From: a virus | Lineage: Duplodnaviria > Caudoviricetes | Length of the DNA stretch: 34,179 bases | IMG/VR virus record: IMGVR_UViG_3300025270_000040 | Span: 1-34,179 of that record | Reading direction: 5' to 3' (one strand) | Shown: positions 15,984-24,217 of the stretch, one piece after another | Numbering within the stretch: the stretch's first letter is position 1 | Layout: every line of letters starts with the position of its first letter | The notes under the pieces: model-generated | What the model was told of the DNA's origin: nothing | What the model saw: the letters and a program-made list of their open reading frames with translations, nothing else | The model's database searches: none | Program-made: the position numbers and the translations under genes

Positions 15984-16139
15984 ATGAAACCAGAAACACT
16001 ACGCAAGCGCCGTGTTTCCGCTGTACGAGCCGTTCTTAAAAAGAAGAATCTACCGTCCGATATGAGGCGGTATTGGACGCATACCCTTATTGCGTTGAAT
16101 GGCTGGGAGCTTGAAAAGCGCAACGCCGGTATTAAATGA
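15984..16139 (+). CDS. 51-aa basic hypothetical protein
   Basis: AAGGA RBS before ATG 15984; last gene of the rightward operon. Confidence 0.65.
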   Translation: MKPETLRKRRVSAVRAVLKKKNLPSDMRRYWTHTLIALNGWELEKRNAGIK

Positions 16140-16234
16140 AGTTTGGGCGCAAGACGTACCAAGGGAGACATTTTGCAAAACTGCTTGATTTCTCTATTTG
16201 TCTCCCTAGTGAATGAATTCTGGAAGTCAACCCT

Positions 16235-18076
16235 TTATCTGTTTTCTTTCACTGCCCAATAATCAGCTAGATGGGCAGCACGGATAGCATCAGCAGATAG
16301 CGTGTAGACGTTAAGCCTCTCGCTTTTGCCCTTAACTTCAATAGAATCCAACGGTTGAACCAAGTAGGGATCCACTGCCTTGGCGGTGGTCTCACCGATC
16401 AGAACGTCCTGCGTATACTTTCGGGTGCTTGATTCCAACCTGGCTGCGACATTCACCGAATCCCCGATAGCTGAATAGTCAAACCGCTTGTCTCCCCCGA
16501 CATTCCCGATCACACAGGGGCCAGTATTGACCCCGATCCCAATTCCTAGCTTGGGCAAGCCCTCTGCCTCGATCTCCTTGTTCAACTTCTCAAGCGCGAC
16601 CAGCATCAAGCCAGCACAGGTCACGGCCCGTTCCTCATGGTCATCGCAATCCACGGGAGCGCCCCAAAAGGCCATCACGCAATCGCCCATGTACTTGTCT
16701 ATCGTGCCATCGAGAGATAGCACTACATCGGTCAGGGCTGAGAGCAGCCTGTTGATGAGGGCCACTAACCCCTGGGGATCGTTGTTGTTCTTGAAATGCT
16801 CTGATATGGGGGTGAAGCCCACGATATCGCAGAACAGGAAACTCAGGGTCTTGGTATCCCCGCCGAGCTTCATCAGGCTGGGGTCATCCACTAGCTGCTG
16901 AACCAGCTTGGGGCTGACATACGTCCCAAACATCCCCTTGATCTGGAGCTTCTGTCGATATTCAGAGATCATCCTCTGCCCAACCCCCACCGATCCGACC
17001 GTAAGGCTCGAAATCACGGGAAATGCAGCGTCTACCAGCACTCCAAACCGCAAATAGCCCCAGACGGAGCCAGAGGCCGTTAGAACGCCGATAGCCAAAA
17101 CCCCCACTGGGACACTAAGAACTGGTAAACGGCCCGCTACCAGGGCCGTACATAGCCCCAGTAACAAGATTGCCAAGAATTCTGCCCCCAATGCCCAGTC
17201 AGGGCGCACAGGGGAAGTTCCGGCTAACAGGGTCTCAAAAAGGGTGGCTTGGATCTGGTGGGAGTACATCAGCCCCCTCGGGGTGGGGACCAGAGGGGTA
17301 ATACCAGCCGCAGTCACACCGACAAAGATGATAGTTCCATTGAGAGGTTCCTGAGAAAAGCTGTTTGCCCAGTCTATCCAGACCCTCCCCGCGGCATCGG
17401 TATTGATGGTGTCGAAGCTAGGCACCCTGACCGCCTCTATGCCGCTCTCAGAGCCTCTAACCTGATAGGAGGGGTCTCCTGCCAACCCCCGCAGTACATC
17501 CAGCCCAAGAGCCGGATATAAAGATTCACCTACTCGAATTACCATCGGCACCCTGCGGACCAGCCCATCCACCTCTGGAGCGGTATTCACGACCCCCGTA
17601 CCAATAGCCGCCTCTTGCAGCAGAGCTACATTCGGCAGAATGCCAGGGTAATTGATGGCGTTCTCGTGGACTTCGCCCAGCGTTGCCACCCCGATCTGCC
17701 AGCCCTCCTGCCGATTTGTGTCAGCAGTCGCTACCGCAGAAAGGAAAGTGGGCATCTGAGCCATGCTCTCAGCAAACTCAGCATCACCCCCAAATCGGTC
17801 TGCTTCAGGAAACAACACCGAATACACCACCGCCGCAGCCCCTGCATCGAGAAGATTCCGATTCAACTCTGCAAGCTGCTGCCGGGGCCAGGGCCATTGA
17901 CCTCCCTCGGCTAGTGCCGCTTCGTCAATGTTGTAGAGGGAAATGGTTTCGCTTTGGACCGGATCGCTGATGGTCAACAACGCATCGAAGTATTTAAGCC
18001 TCAGAGTCTCTATAGGCCAAGGATCAATTACCCGCAGGAGTAATAGAGCAACCAGCAAAGCAATCAGGGCTTTCAA
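16235..18076 (-). CDS. CHASE2-domain class III adenylate cyclase
   Basis: N-terminal TM; CHASE2 motifs IDE..L…GQWPWPR and DGLVRRVP; three TMs; catalytic FCDIVGFT, DKYMGDC, DYSAIGDSVNVAARLE with the Lys/Asp ATP-specificity pair. Confidence 0.95.
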   Translation of the reverse strand: MKALIALLVALLLLRVIDPWPIETLRLKYFDALLTISDPVQSETISLYNIDEAALAEGGQWPWPRQQLAELNRNLLDAGAAAVVYSVLFPEADRFGGDAEFAESMAQMPTFLSAVATADTNRQEGWQIGVATLGEVHENAINYPGILPNVALLQEAAIGTGVVNTAPEVDGLVRRVPMVIRVGESLYPALGLDVLRGLAGDPSYQVRGSESGIEAVRVPSFDTINTDAAGRVWIDWANSFSQEPLNGTIIFVGVTAAGITPLVPTPRGLMYSHQIQATLFETLLAGTSPVRPDWALGAEFLAILLLGLCTALVAGRLPVLSVPVGVLAIGVLTASGSVWGYLRFGVLVDAAFPVISSLTVGSVGVGQRMISEYRQKLQIKGMFGTYVSPKLVQQLVDDPSLMKLGGDTKTLSFLFCDIVGFTPISEHFKNNNDPQGLVALINRLLSALTDVVLSLDGTIDKYMGDCVMAFWGAPVDCDDHEERAVTCAGLMLVALEKLNKEIEAEGLPKLGIGIGVNTGPCVIGNVGGDKRFDYSAIGDSVNVAARLESSTRKYTQDVLIGETTAKAVDPYLVQPLDSIEVKGKSERLNVYTLSADAIRAAHLADYWAVKENR

Positions 18077-18345
18077 TGTACCTCAAATTCCCACCAGGCA
18101 ATGACCGAAGACCAAGGGATAATCATCGGCGTATTGATTGTCTTTTCGTCTTTCTGGTACAAATCAGTAGCAAGAATCAGGCATTCATCAGTATTCCCAA
18201 CCTTATAACCGACAGTAGACCGGACCACTGGAGATAACATAGCTGCCTCTTTGAGAGGGTAGTCTTTCATTTCAATCCAAGCATCTTCCCAAAGAATCTC
18301 AACAATCGGGAATCTCTCTTTGTTGATGGATTTAACTTTTGACAC
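18073..18345 (-). CDS. Conserved-looking phage hypothetical protein (VEILWEDA…STVGY…IIP)
   Basis: ATGA overlap with the cyclase start. Confidence 0.75.
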   Translation of the reverse strand: MSKVKSINKERFPIVEILWEDAWIEMKDYPLKEAAMLSPVVRSTVGYKVGNTDECLILATDLYQKDEKTINTPMIIPWSSVIAWWEFEVH

Positions 18346-18350
18346 TAAAA

Positions 18351-18609
18351 CTACCCTTTCTTTCTGGCGGTTCTTGTCCTCTTGAATGATCTATTTTTAG
18401 CCTTAGAAGTAACCCCCAAGTTACTAGCCTTTCGGTTTTTTGGGTTCCCATCCCTATGATGGACATCCTTTCCGTCACCCTTAGATACCTTACCCTTATT
18501 TTTTCATTGCAGCACGACTTGCATTACGAGCAGCACGATTCTTCTTCTGCTCCTCTTTGCTCTGGTAATTATCGTATTCCTTCCGATAATTCCTTTTCTT
18601 TTTAGCCAT
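18351..18609 (-). pseudogene. Small HNH endonuclease broken by one extra A in an A6 run (18499-18504), absent from the ORF track
   Basis: AGGAG RBS; MAKKKRNYRKEY…NRAARN… then, with A5, KGDGKDVHHRDGNPKN…NL…NRS* (85 aa). Confidence 0.85.
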
Positions 18610-18618
18610 CTAAATCTC

Positions 18619-19401
18619 CTAGTCGTACTGGTTTACGGTAACAGTTTTATTACAACTCGCCGTACAATCCAGCACAACGGTATAGTTCTTGACCGTGGCT
18701 CCCGTTTGAGTTGCATTCACCGTGTAGTTACCTTGCTCAACCCTGATATTTCCAACGTGCGCGCCGTTTCCTGATTGCGTCAGGTTGACCGTCGAGTTGT
18801 CGGCAGGATTATTACGGAACTCGATGTCTCCATCCTTTGCGCCACTGCCTGACTGAGTAATGGTTGCGTCGTTGTTGTTGCAGTTGCCACATGACTTTAT
18901 GTAAGCATTGTGGTTTCCGCTCCCGCTTTGGGTGGCGGTCCAAGTGCTGTCATCACCAAAGGCATAGAACTTGGCGTAATGATCTCCGGTTCCTGATTGG
19001 TTGATGGAATATACGTTGTCATCTCCGCTCATGTATATCTCACCATACATATCATCACCATCCTGGGTGATGGTCATTTCGTTATTGTCCTCATCGGCAT
19101 CAATGTAGCCCACATTGTCATTGCCATCCTGAGTGATGGTGTACTCGTTTCCCGTGTGATTCGTGTACTGTGAATAGGCTTTGGCAAGATTCCCTGTGCC
19201 GTCCTGATCTATATCTATGGTCGCGCTACTACAGGTATGAGTATCGTAGGTTCCATTAGATAACCCACACCAGACTCTAGCCGTGTTACTTCCAATCTGG
19301 TCAATGTAGATACTGGTATTGGAGCCTTTGGTATCTATCTCAACTGAATTGTCCGCTGCAAAAACGGGTAGGCTAAGGAGACTGATGAATATAAATCGCA
19401 T
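18619..19401 (-). CDS. Secreted curlin-repeat protein (CsgA/CsgB-like)
   Basis: Signal peptide; about 9 repeats of I-x-Q-x-G-x-x-N type (IDQDGTGN, ITQDGNDN, ATQSGSGN). Confidence 0.85.
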   Translation of the reverse strand: MRFIFISLLSLPVFAADNSVEIDTKGSNTSIYIDQIGSNTARVWCGLSNGTYDTHTCSSATIDIDQDGTGNLAKAYSQYTNHTGNEYTITQDGNDNVGYIDADEDNNEMTITQDGDDMYGEIYMSGDDNVYSINQSGTGDHYAKFYAFGDDSTWTATQSGSGNHNAYIKSCGNCNNNDATITQSGSGAKDGDIEFRNNPADNSTVNLTQSGNGAHVGNIRVEQGNYTVNATQTGATVKNYTVVLDCTASCNKTVTVNQYD

Positions 19402-20458
19402 TCTCCCCTCCTCCGTTCACCGTGATGTCCATCGCCTTTCCAGCAGTTAGCACCGAGATGTTATAAGCGCCCGACTTGTCAAGCTCAAGATCAAAGGTAT
19501 TCTCAACGCTTCTGAAGATGGTCAATGCCTCCCCTTCAACGAAGGTGTAAGTCTGATTCTGCTGATCGAACCCAGCGAGGATTCCTTCGAGCTTTACCCC
19601 GTCAATCTCTGATACTCTGGCATCTTCTTTGGTGACAGACACCTCGATAATCGCAAGTAGGTCGGTCAGAAAATCCACATTCAGTAAATCAATATCAAGC
19701 CTGTCTATCTCCTCCTGTAATTCATCCTCATCCAGTTCGTTTTCATCAAGCTCTGTCTCTTCCAGAAGATCAACATCGAGGATGTTAGAGGCCGTACCTG
19801 ACTGCTCATCAACCGCTTCAACAATCTCATCGGGTGGGCTAACGATCAGCAGATTATCTATAAACCCAAGCGTCATGCCCGTGAGAACCACAGGCGGTGT
19901 GGGGGCGGCTTCTGCAACGGTAGTCATCGTGGCCTGAAAGGGCTGGTTCAGAACCACCAGACTTGCGGCAGTCTCAACCGTTATCTCACCACTGGCGCTG
20001 CCATCCTCGTTAGGTAGCAGGATAACTAGGCTTCTACCTATCTCATCTACAGTTGTAGTGAAGTCGGTGCCTCGTATGGCAATCGTTGCCGTAGGGGTGC
20101 GTATGGAAATGTTCTCGCGGTTGATGCGACCTAGAGCGCCCGTAAGGAACCGAGCAGTTCCAGAAGCCATATTAAGAGCAAGGCGAGACTGTGAAGGATC
20201 AGGATCAAATACAAACTCGTCTATGACGATCTTGCTGTGTTCAGTAAGCCTCAGAATGGAGTCATCGAGGAAAGATATAGCCAGCCTGCCGTTGCCGGTA
20301 CGGACATCATCAAAACTGGCAATCCCAAGCTCTAGCTCTGCTGTCAGGGAATCTGTCGTGTCTTGGCGAACGACCTCGCCTATTCCACGAAGCTCAGTGA
20401 TTGAGCCAACTTGTGCCTGCGCTACAAGCGGAAAGAATATCAGCAGCCACTTGTGCAT
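19373..20458 (-). CDS. Secreted FecR-domain protein with acidic C-terminal region
   Basis: Signal peptide (AQA); D.VRTG.G..I.F.D.S.L.L.E.S and IRTPTATIAIRGTDF FecR motifs; no cytoplasmic anti-sigma domain. Confidence 0.88.
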   Translation of the reverse strand: MHKWLLIFFPLVAQAQVGSITELRGIGEVVRQDTTDSLTAELELGIASFDDVRTGNGRLAISFLDDSILRLTEHSKIVIDEFVFDPDPSQSRLALNMASGTARFLTGALGRINRENISIRTPTATIAIRGTDFTTTVDEIGRSLVILLPNEDGSASGEITVETAASLVVLNQPFQATMTTVAEAAPTPPVVLTGMTLGFIDNLLIVSPPDEIVEAVDEQSGTASNILDVDLLEETELDENELDEDELQEEIDRLDIDLLNVDFLTDLLAIIEVSVTKEDARVSEIDGVKLEGILAGFDQQNQTYTFVEGEALTIFRSVENTFDLELDKSGAYNISVLTAGKAMDITVNGGGENAIYIHQSP

Positions 20459-21156
20459 TGGTCAATATCAATCAGACCGCCGGTCGTGATGGCAACTATG
20501 TCAACTATTCCAGATGTACTGCCGCCTGAGTTCGTCTGATCTATGTCGATGTTATTAGTATTACCCGTGATATCTGCGGTGATGCTGTGATTTGCATTTC
20601 CCGTTTGGCTCGTGTCGATATCGTTGGAATCTCCGTCCACGTCCCAGTTATTGGTTGCACCCACAACTTCACTGACTATATTGAGATTGTTACTGGTTCC
20701 AGCAATAACGATATCGGTATTTCCTGATGTGGCTGTCGCTGCTGCTCCCGCTGTGTATGTCAACACATTGGAATCTCCGACAGCGGCAAAGTCAAAATCA
20801 GAACCTTGTACATCCCCTGTAGCTCCGACTGCGAGAGTTTGCGTATTGGAATCCCCGGTACTTCTCAACGTAAAGGAGCTGCTGTTTCCTTGGGCGATGG
20901 TAGCTGCGATCACATTTGAGTCACCTACCTGATCCACATCAACAGTCATGCTCGTACCTGTTAATGACACTCTCGCCTGAGAGGTTCCAATTATATTGGA
21001 GTTTCCGATCTGATCCAGATTCATTGTCAGAGCTGACGAGCCGCCGCTCTGGGTGATATATATCGAATTATTGGCGCTATGTGCTGACACCATATACGCC
21101 ATAGAATACAAAAAGATAAGATAGCCTACCGACCATTTAATTATTAGCATCTGCAT
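20440..21156 (-). CDS. Secreted curlin-repeat protein (start revised to ATG 21156)
   Basis: GAGGAGG RBS; signal peptide (AHSA); repeats DQIGNSN, DQVGDSN, GDSN, SQTGNAN. Confidence 0.82.
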   Translation of the reverse strand: MQMLIIKWSVGYLIFLYSMAYMVSAHSANNSIYITQSGGSSALTMNLDQIGNSNIIGTSQARVSLTGTSMTVDVDQVGDSNVIAATIAQGNSSSFTLRSTGDSNTQTLAVGATGDVQGSDFDFAAVGDSNVLTYTAGAAATATSGNTDIVIAGTSNNLNIVSEVVGATNNWDVDGDSNDIDTSQTGNANHSITADITGNTNNIDIDQTNSGGSTSGIVDIVAITTGGLIDIDQCTSGC

Positions 21157-22009
21157 CAGATACCTCCTCTGTGTAATCCCACAGTTCAAGTTCCATGCCT
21201 CGGCGTATTGTCTCATAGACCGCCGCCTCAATCGCAGAACGTACTGCATACGTCTGGGTCTCGTTGGAGCTGACCCCTGCCTCTAGCTCAAAAAATTCAG
21301 TTCCATTGGATGTTGCCCGAAATGTATCAAATCCTGTAGCGGCAGAATAGATGCTCTTGCTAGTCACGACATTCAGAAGGATCTGCCCCGTTTGCACCAA
21401 GATCGTCCTCAAAGAGATAGTCACTTCATCAGCGCGATACTGAGTGTTCAAGCCAATCCCAAGGTATCTCGCACCTATCCCACCAGAACTCAAGTTTGTG
21501 TCGTAACCTATGATTCCACCTGACATGATTAACCCACTAAATAATAGTGGCTCAAGCTGGTTAGCCCCCTCCCCGTCATAACTATTTCGTGTTGAAATAA
21601 TAAGCTGTCGTTCACGGGTCAAAGCGTCCAGATCACCTCTTTCCGCCACTAGGAACCACGTTCCATTTCCAGCCGCTAACAGCGCATCTATAAGAAAAGA
21701 ATCCGCCCCCTGAGTCACAGCCGTTGAGAACAGAGCCATATTGTCGGCGGTAGCTCTCTGACCAGTTAAATCAAGAAAACTATATACGCTTACAACGGCT
21801 TTCTGTCGTGGGCTAGGTAGATCAATTAGATCCCTAAGAGTAGGGCGCTCTATCCGTGGACCGCGAGGACAATCATTGGACTCGATCCCATACTCATTGA
21901 TGTAATCTCGACTGATATCTGCACATTCACGGGCCGAATTTACACTTGCACATCCGGCTACCAGAACCACTGAGCATAAGGTTAGATTCCGCACTCGTCC
22001 GTACTGCAA
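21137..22009 (-). CDS. csgG: Curli secretion channel CsgG (lipoprotein)
   Basis: Lipobox LVAGC; VY.F.D.TGQR, STAVTQGA, WF..AER..L..L..ERQ.I, GGIIGYDTN..SGG.GARYLGIG…QYR.D. Confidence 0.95.
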   Translation of the reverse strand: MQYGRVRNLTLCSVVLVAGCASVNSARECADISRDYINEYGIESNDCPRGPRIERPTLRDLIDLPSPRQKAVVSVYSFLDLTGQRATADNMALFSTAVTQGADSFLIDALLAAGNGTWFLVAERGDLDALTRERQLIISTRNSYDGEGANQLEPLLFSGLIMSGGIIGYDTNLSSGGIGARYLGIGLNTQYRADEVTISLRTILVQTGQILLNVVTSKSIYSAATGFDTFRATSNGTEFFELEAGVSSNETQTYAVRSAIEAAVYETIRRGMELELWDYTEEVSDADANN

Positions 22010-22476
22010 ATACCGAATGACCCAACGGGTATACGGATTTCAGTTATGCCCCCATCTGTATCAGCAACAGTAAGAATAATCTCGGTTCCTGTGTTGATGA
22101 AACTTATCTGATTCCCTTCCAGATCAAATACGCCGCCCGATCCTCCTGTCTCTGAGTTGAACAGGCTCTCTGCGAGATCGCGCGATAGCTGGCTGAAAAT
22201 TCTGCTTTCCAAATTTCTGACGAATTTAGCGAGCGTTGTGTTTTCCTGATCCCGCAATAACTGATCCGCCTTGGACTCGATCTCCTCCAAAATAGCCGCT
22301 TTTCGAGTTCTCTCCTGCTCGTCAATCGTCAGATAATGGGCCGACTGCCCAATACCGCTGAACGATGGACTGTTGAACTGAAACGTGAGATCAGTTGCCG
22401 ATCCCGGGAACGATAGAAAAATAGCCGCTACCACAGCCACCACAATCGCAATCCTAGCTATCAATATGGGCATCAT
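21982..22476 (-). CDS. csgF: Curli assembly component CsgF
   Basis: Signal peptide; LTFQFNSPSFSG N-terminus; F..NLESRI..QLS; G..TEI.IP C-terminus; adjacent to csgG. Confidence 0.88.
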   Translation of the reverse strand: MMPILIARIAIVVAVVAAIFLSFPGSATDLTFQFNSPSFSGIGQSAHYLTIDEQERTRKAAILEEIESKADQLLRDQENTTLAKFVRNLESRIFSQLSRDLAESLFNSETGGSGGVFDLEGNQISFINTGTEIILTVADTDGGITEIRIPVGSFGICSTDECGI

Positions 22477-22714
22477 TTTTACTTACCTCTCTCATCTCAA
22501 TCACTGTATCCAGTTTCTGCTGCAACCTTATGATATCGTTATCCAACATCCGTATACGATCAATCAAGGCAATTAAAGTTACATTAGCTTCCGCGAGTTT
22601 CGCCTTGATATTGTTGGTAATAAAATTCCATATGTAATAGATCATGTACAGGAGGCCGACTGCCGAGACTATGGGAAACCCATATTCGCTGACTGCTGCA
22701 CCAATACCTTCCAT
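22454..22714 (-). CDS. Small membrane protein (GFPI TM plus coiled coil), paralogue B
   Basis: YGFPIV…LIDRIRMLDNDIIRL. Confidence 0.8.
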   Translation of the reverse strand: MEGIGAAVSEYGFPIVSAVGLLYMIYYIWNFITNNIKAKLAEANVTLIALIDRIRMLDNDIIRLQQKLDTVIEMREVSKNDAHIDS

Positions 22715-22995
22715 CAGTCTCGCCGTGCATCTTCTTTCCCATCTGCTCTGGCGATCCGATTTAGATCGGGTCTAATCCCAAGCACAGAGCACATCGTCGC
22801 ATCGAGGCGAATGATGTCGTGGTTCATGGTTTTAACCCGGTTATCGAGAGATTGAACAATGCCATGTATCCCGTTCACTTGGCCGATGACTGACTCCAGT
22901 ATGTATTTGATGGTGAGAAATATAAAAAACCCTGCAATCAGAGCAATCGCAATGGGGAACCCTACGTCACCGATCAGTGAGAGGGCTTCATTCAT
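22714..22995 (-). CDS. Small membrane protein (GFPI TM plus coiled coil), paralogue A
   Basis: VGFPIA…LDNRVKTMNHDIIRL. Confidence 0.8.
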   Translation of the reverse strand: MNEALSLIGDVGFPIAIALIAGFFIFLTIKYILESVIGQVNGIHGIVQSLDNRVKTMNHDIIRLDATMCSVLGIRPDLNRIARADGKEDARRD

Positions 22996-23305
22996 CTTCG
23001 TTATTGCCCTTGAAAGCCTTGCTCTGCCCAGAGGTTCCAGCGTATATGCCGAAAACTGCCGCCATCGCTCCGACTACAATTGATACCAACGCTGATTGCT
23101 CAAGATTGGGTTCTGGAATAGTCATAAACCAAGTTACAACATCATAGAGCAAGACTATGTAAACACTTACAAAAATGCGGGGGAAAATACGCCAAGCATC
23201 GACAGTTCTAGCCAGATGTATCCAGCGGTGAAAAGGATTAACACCAAGATTATTAGGAGTAATTTCCAATTCAAGATCAACCTTTTTCTTAATCGGTTCT
23301 TCCAT
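22988..23305 (-). CDS. Two-TM membrane protein, possibly a holin
   Basis: DAWRIFPR followed by two TMs and charged termini; next to the spanin-like genes. Confidence 0.65.
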   Translation of the reverse strand: MEEPIKKKVDLELEITPNNLGVNPFHRWIHLARTVDAWRIFPRIFVSVYIVLLYDVVTWFMTIPEPNLEQSALVSIVVGAMAAVFGIYAGTSGQSKAFKGNNEDE

Positions 23306-23308
23306 GGG

Positions 23309-23701
23309 TCATTCTTCCTCATTGTCCCTCGTCGGATCATTATCCCGATAGTATTTAATGATGTTAAGCGTTTGTCGAATATAGCGTCTAATATCAGCCA
23401 GATTATTGGCAAGGTTCTCATACGCTTGGGCAGTCAAACCGTAATACGCTACCGCAGGGGCATCGCCAGCATCATAGTTCTCAATGTACTCACGCATCAC
23501 AGAAGGATTTAGAACGGTCCATTCAATCTCAGCCGGATTAACTCCTTCGGGTAAAGTCGGGTGGTACATTGGAGCTGGCTCTGTGATCGTCACAATTTCA
23601 ACCGGAGCAACCACTGGAACTGCTGGAGGACTGCTGAACAGATTGCCCAGAGTGGAGCATCCACTGAGAGCCGCAAGACTACTCAGCAGCAGGAACTTCA
23701 T
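23309..23701 (-). CDS. Lipoprotein, putative o-spanin (Rz1-like)
   Basis: Lipobox LSGC, Pro-rich linker; overlaps the 3' end of the upstream coiled-coil gene. Confidence 0.7.
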   Translation of the reverse strand: MKFLLLSSLAALSGCSTLGNLFSSPPAVPVVAPVEIVTITEPAPMYHPTLPEGVNPAEIEWTVLNPSVMREYIENYDAGDAPAVAYYGLTAQAYENLANNLADIRRYIRQTLNIIKYYRDNDPTRDNEEE

Positions 23702-24098
23702 CGAACTGGCGCGGGTTGGTTAGATCAACAAACTGTTGGTGTACCTGTGCTGTGCCTCTATTGACTACCCCCTCTATCAATCCGGGTCGGGCAATAGCGA
23801 GGTTATTCAGGTCATGTCGAGCGAACGTGTTACGCATCTCAGTGACCTCCTGACGAGCCTCATCATTGGCTTCTGAAAGCTCTGCGATACGCGCTTGGTT
23901 CTGACGTTGAGATTCTAGTTGTTCCTGTAGCTGGTTATTTTGATTGGCTATGGTGTTCTCCAGAACCTGCTGGTTATTAACCGAAGTCTGAAGCTCAACC
24001 TGAAGCTGACTGATCTGGGCCTTCTGCATATTGATATAGAAATAGGAGCCGCTGACAGAGGCTACCAAGAGAAATCCAAAAAGTAGGCTAAGTTTCAT
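23679..24098 (-). CDS. Putative i-spanin (Rz-like), start revised to ATG 24098
   Basis: Single N-terminal TM, long Q/N-rich coiled coil, HDL..LA..RPGLIE..VN.GT tail. Confidence 0.7.
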   Translation of the reverse strand: MKLSLLFGFLLVASVSGSYFYINMQKAQISQLQVELQTSVNNQQVLENTIANQNNQLQEQLESQRQNQARIAELSEANDEARQEVTEMRNTFARHDLNNLAIARPGLIEGVVNRGTAQVHQQFVDLTNPRQFDEVPAAE

Positions 24099-24217
24099 AT
24101 AGCCACGCCATAGCAACAATTACAGCAAACCAATATAGCGCCCGATTAGCATCGTGAGAAGATAGACAGCAGGCAAGGCACCGACATTTCCGTATGCCAT
24201 GCAATGCCGTTCCCCTG

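Noticed and set aside
16162-16207. Bidirectional terminator at the convergent junction
   Set aside because: The 9-bp inverted repeat AGGGAGACA/TGTCTCCCT has a 28-nt loop and no U-tract.
16235-18076. Pycsar/CBASS defence cyclase or guanylate cyclase
   Set aside because: CHASE2-TM architecture, Lys/Asp adenine-specificity residues and no adjacent effector gene.
19373-20458. FecIRA-type iron-uptake regulator
   Set aside because: No anti-sigma N-terminus, ECF sigma factor or TonB-dependent receptor.
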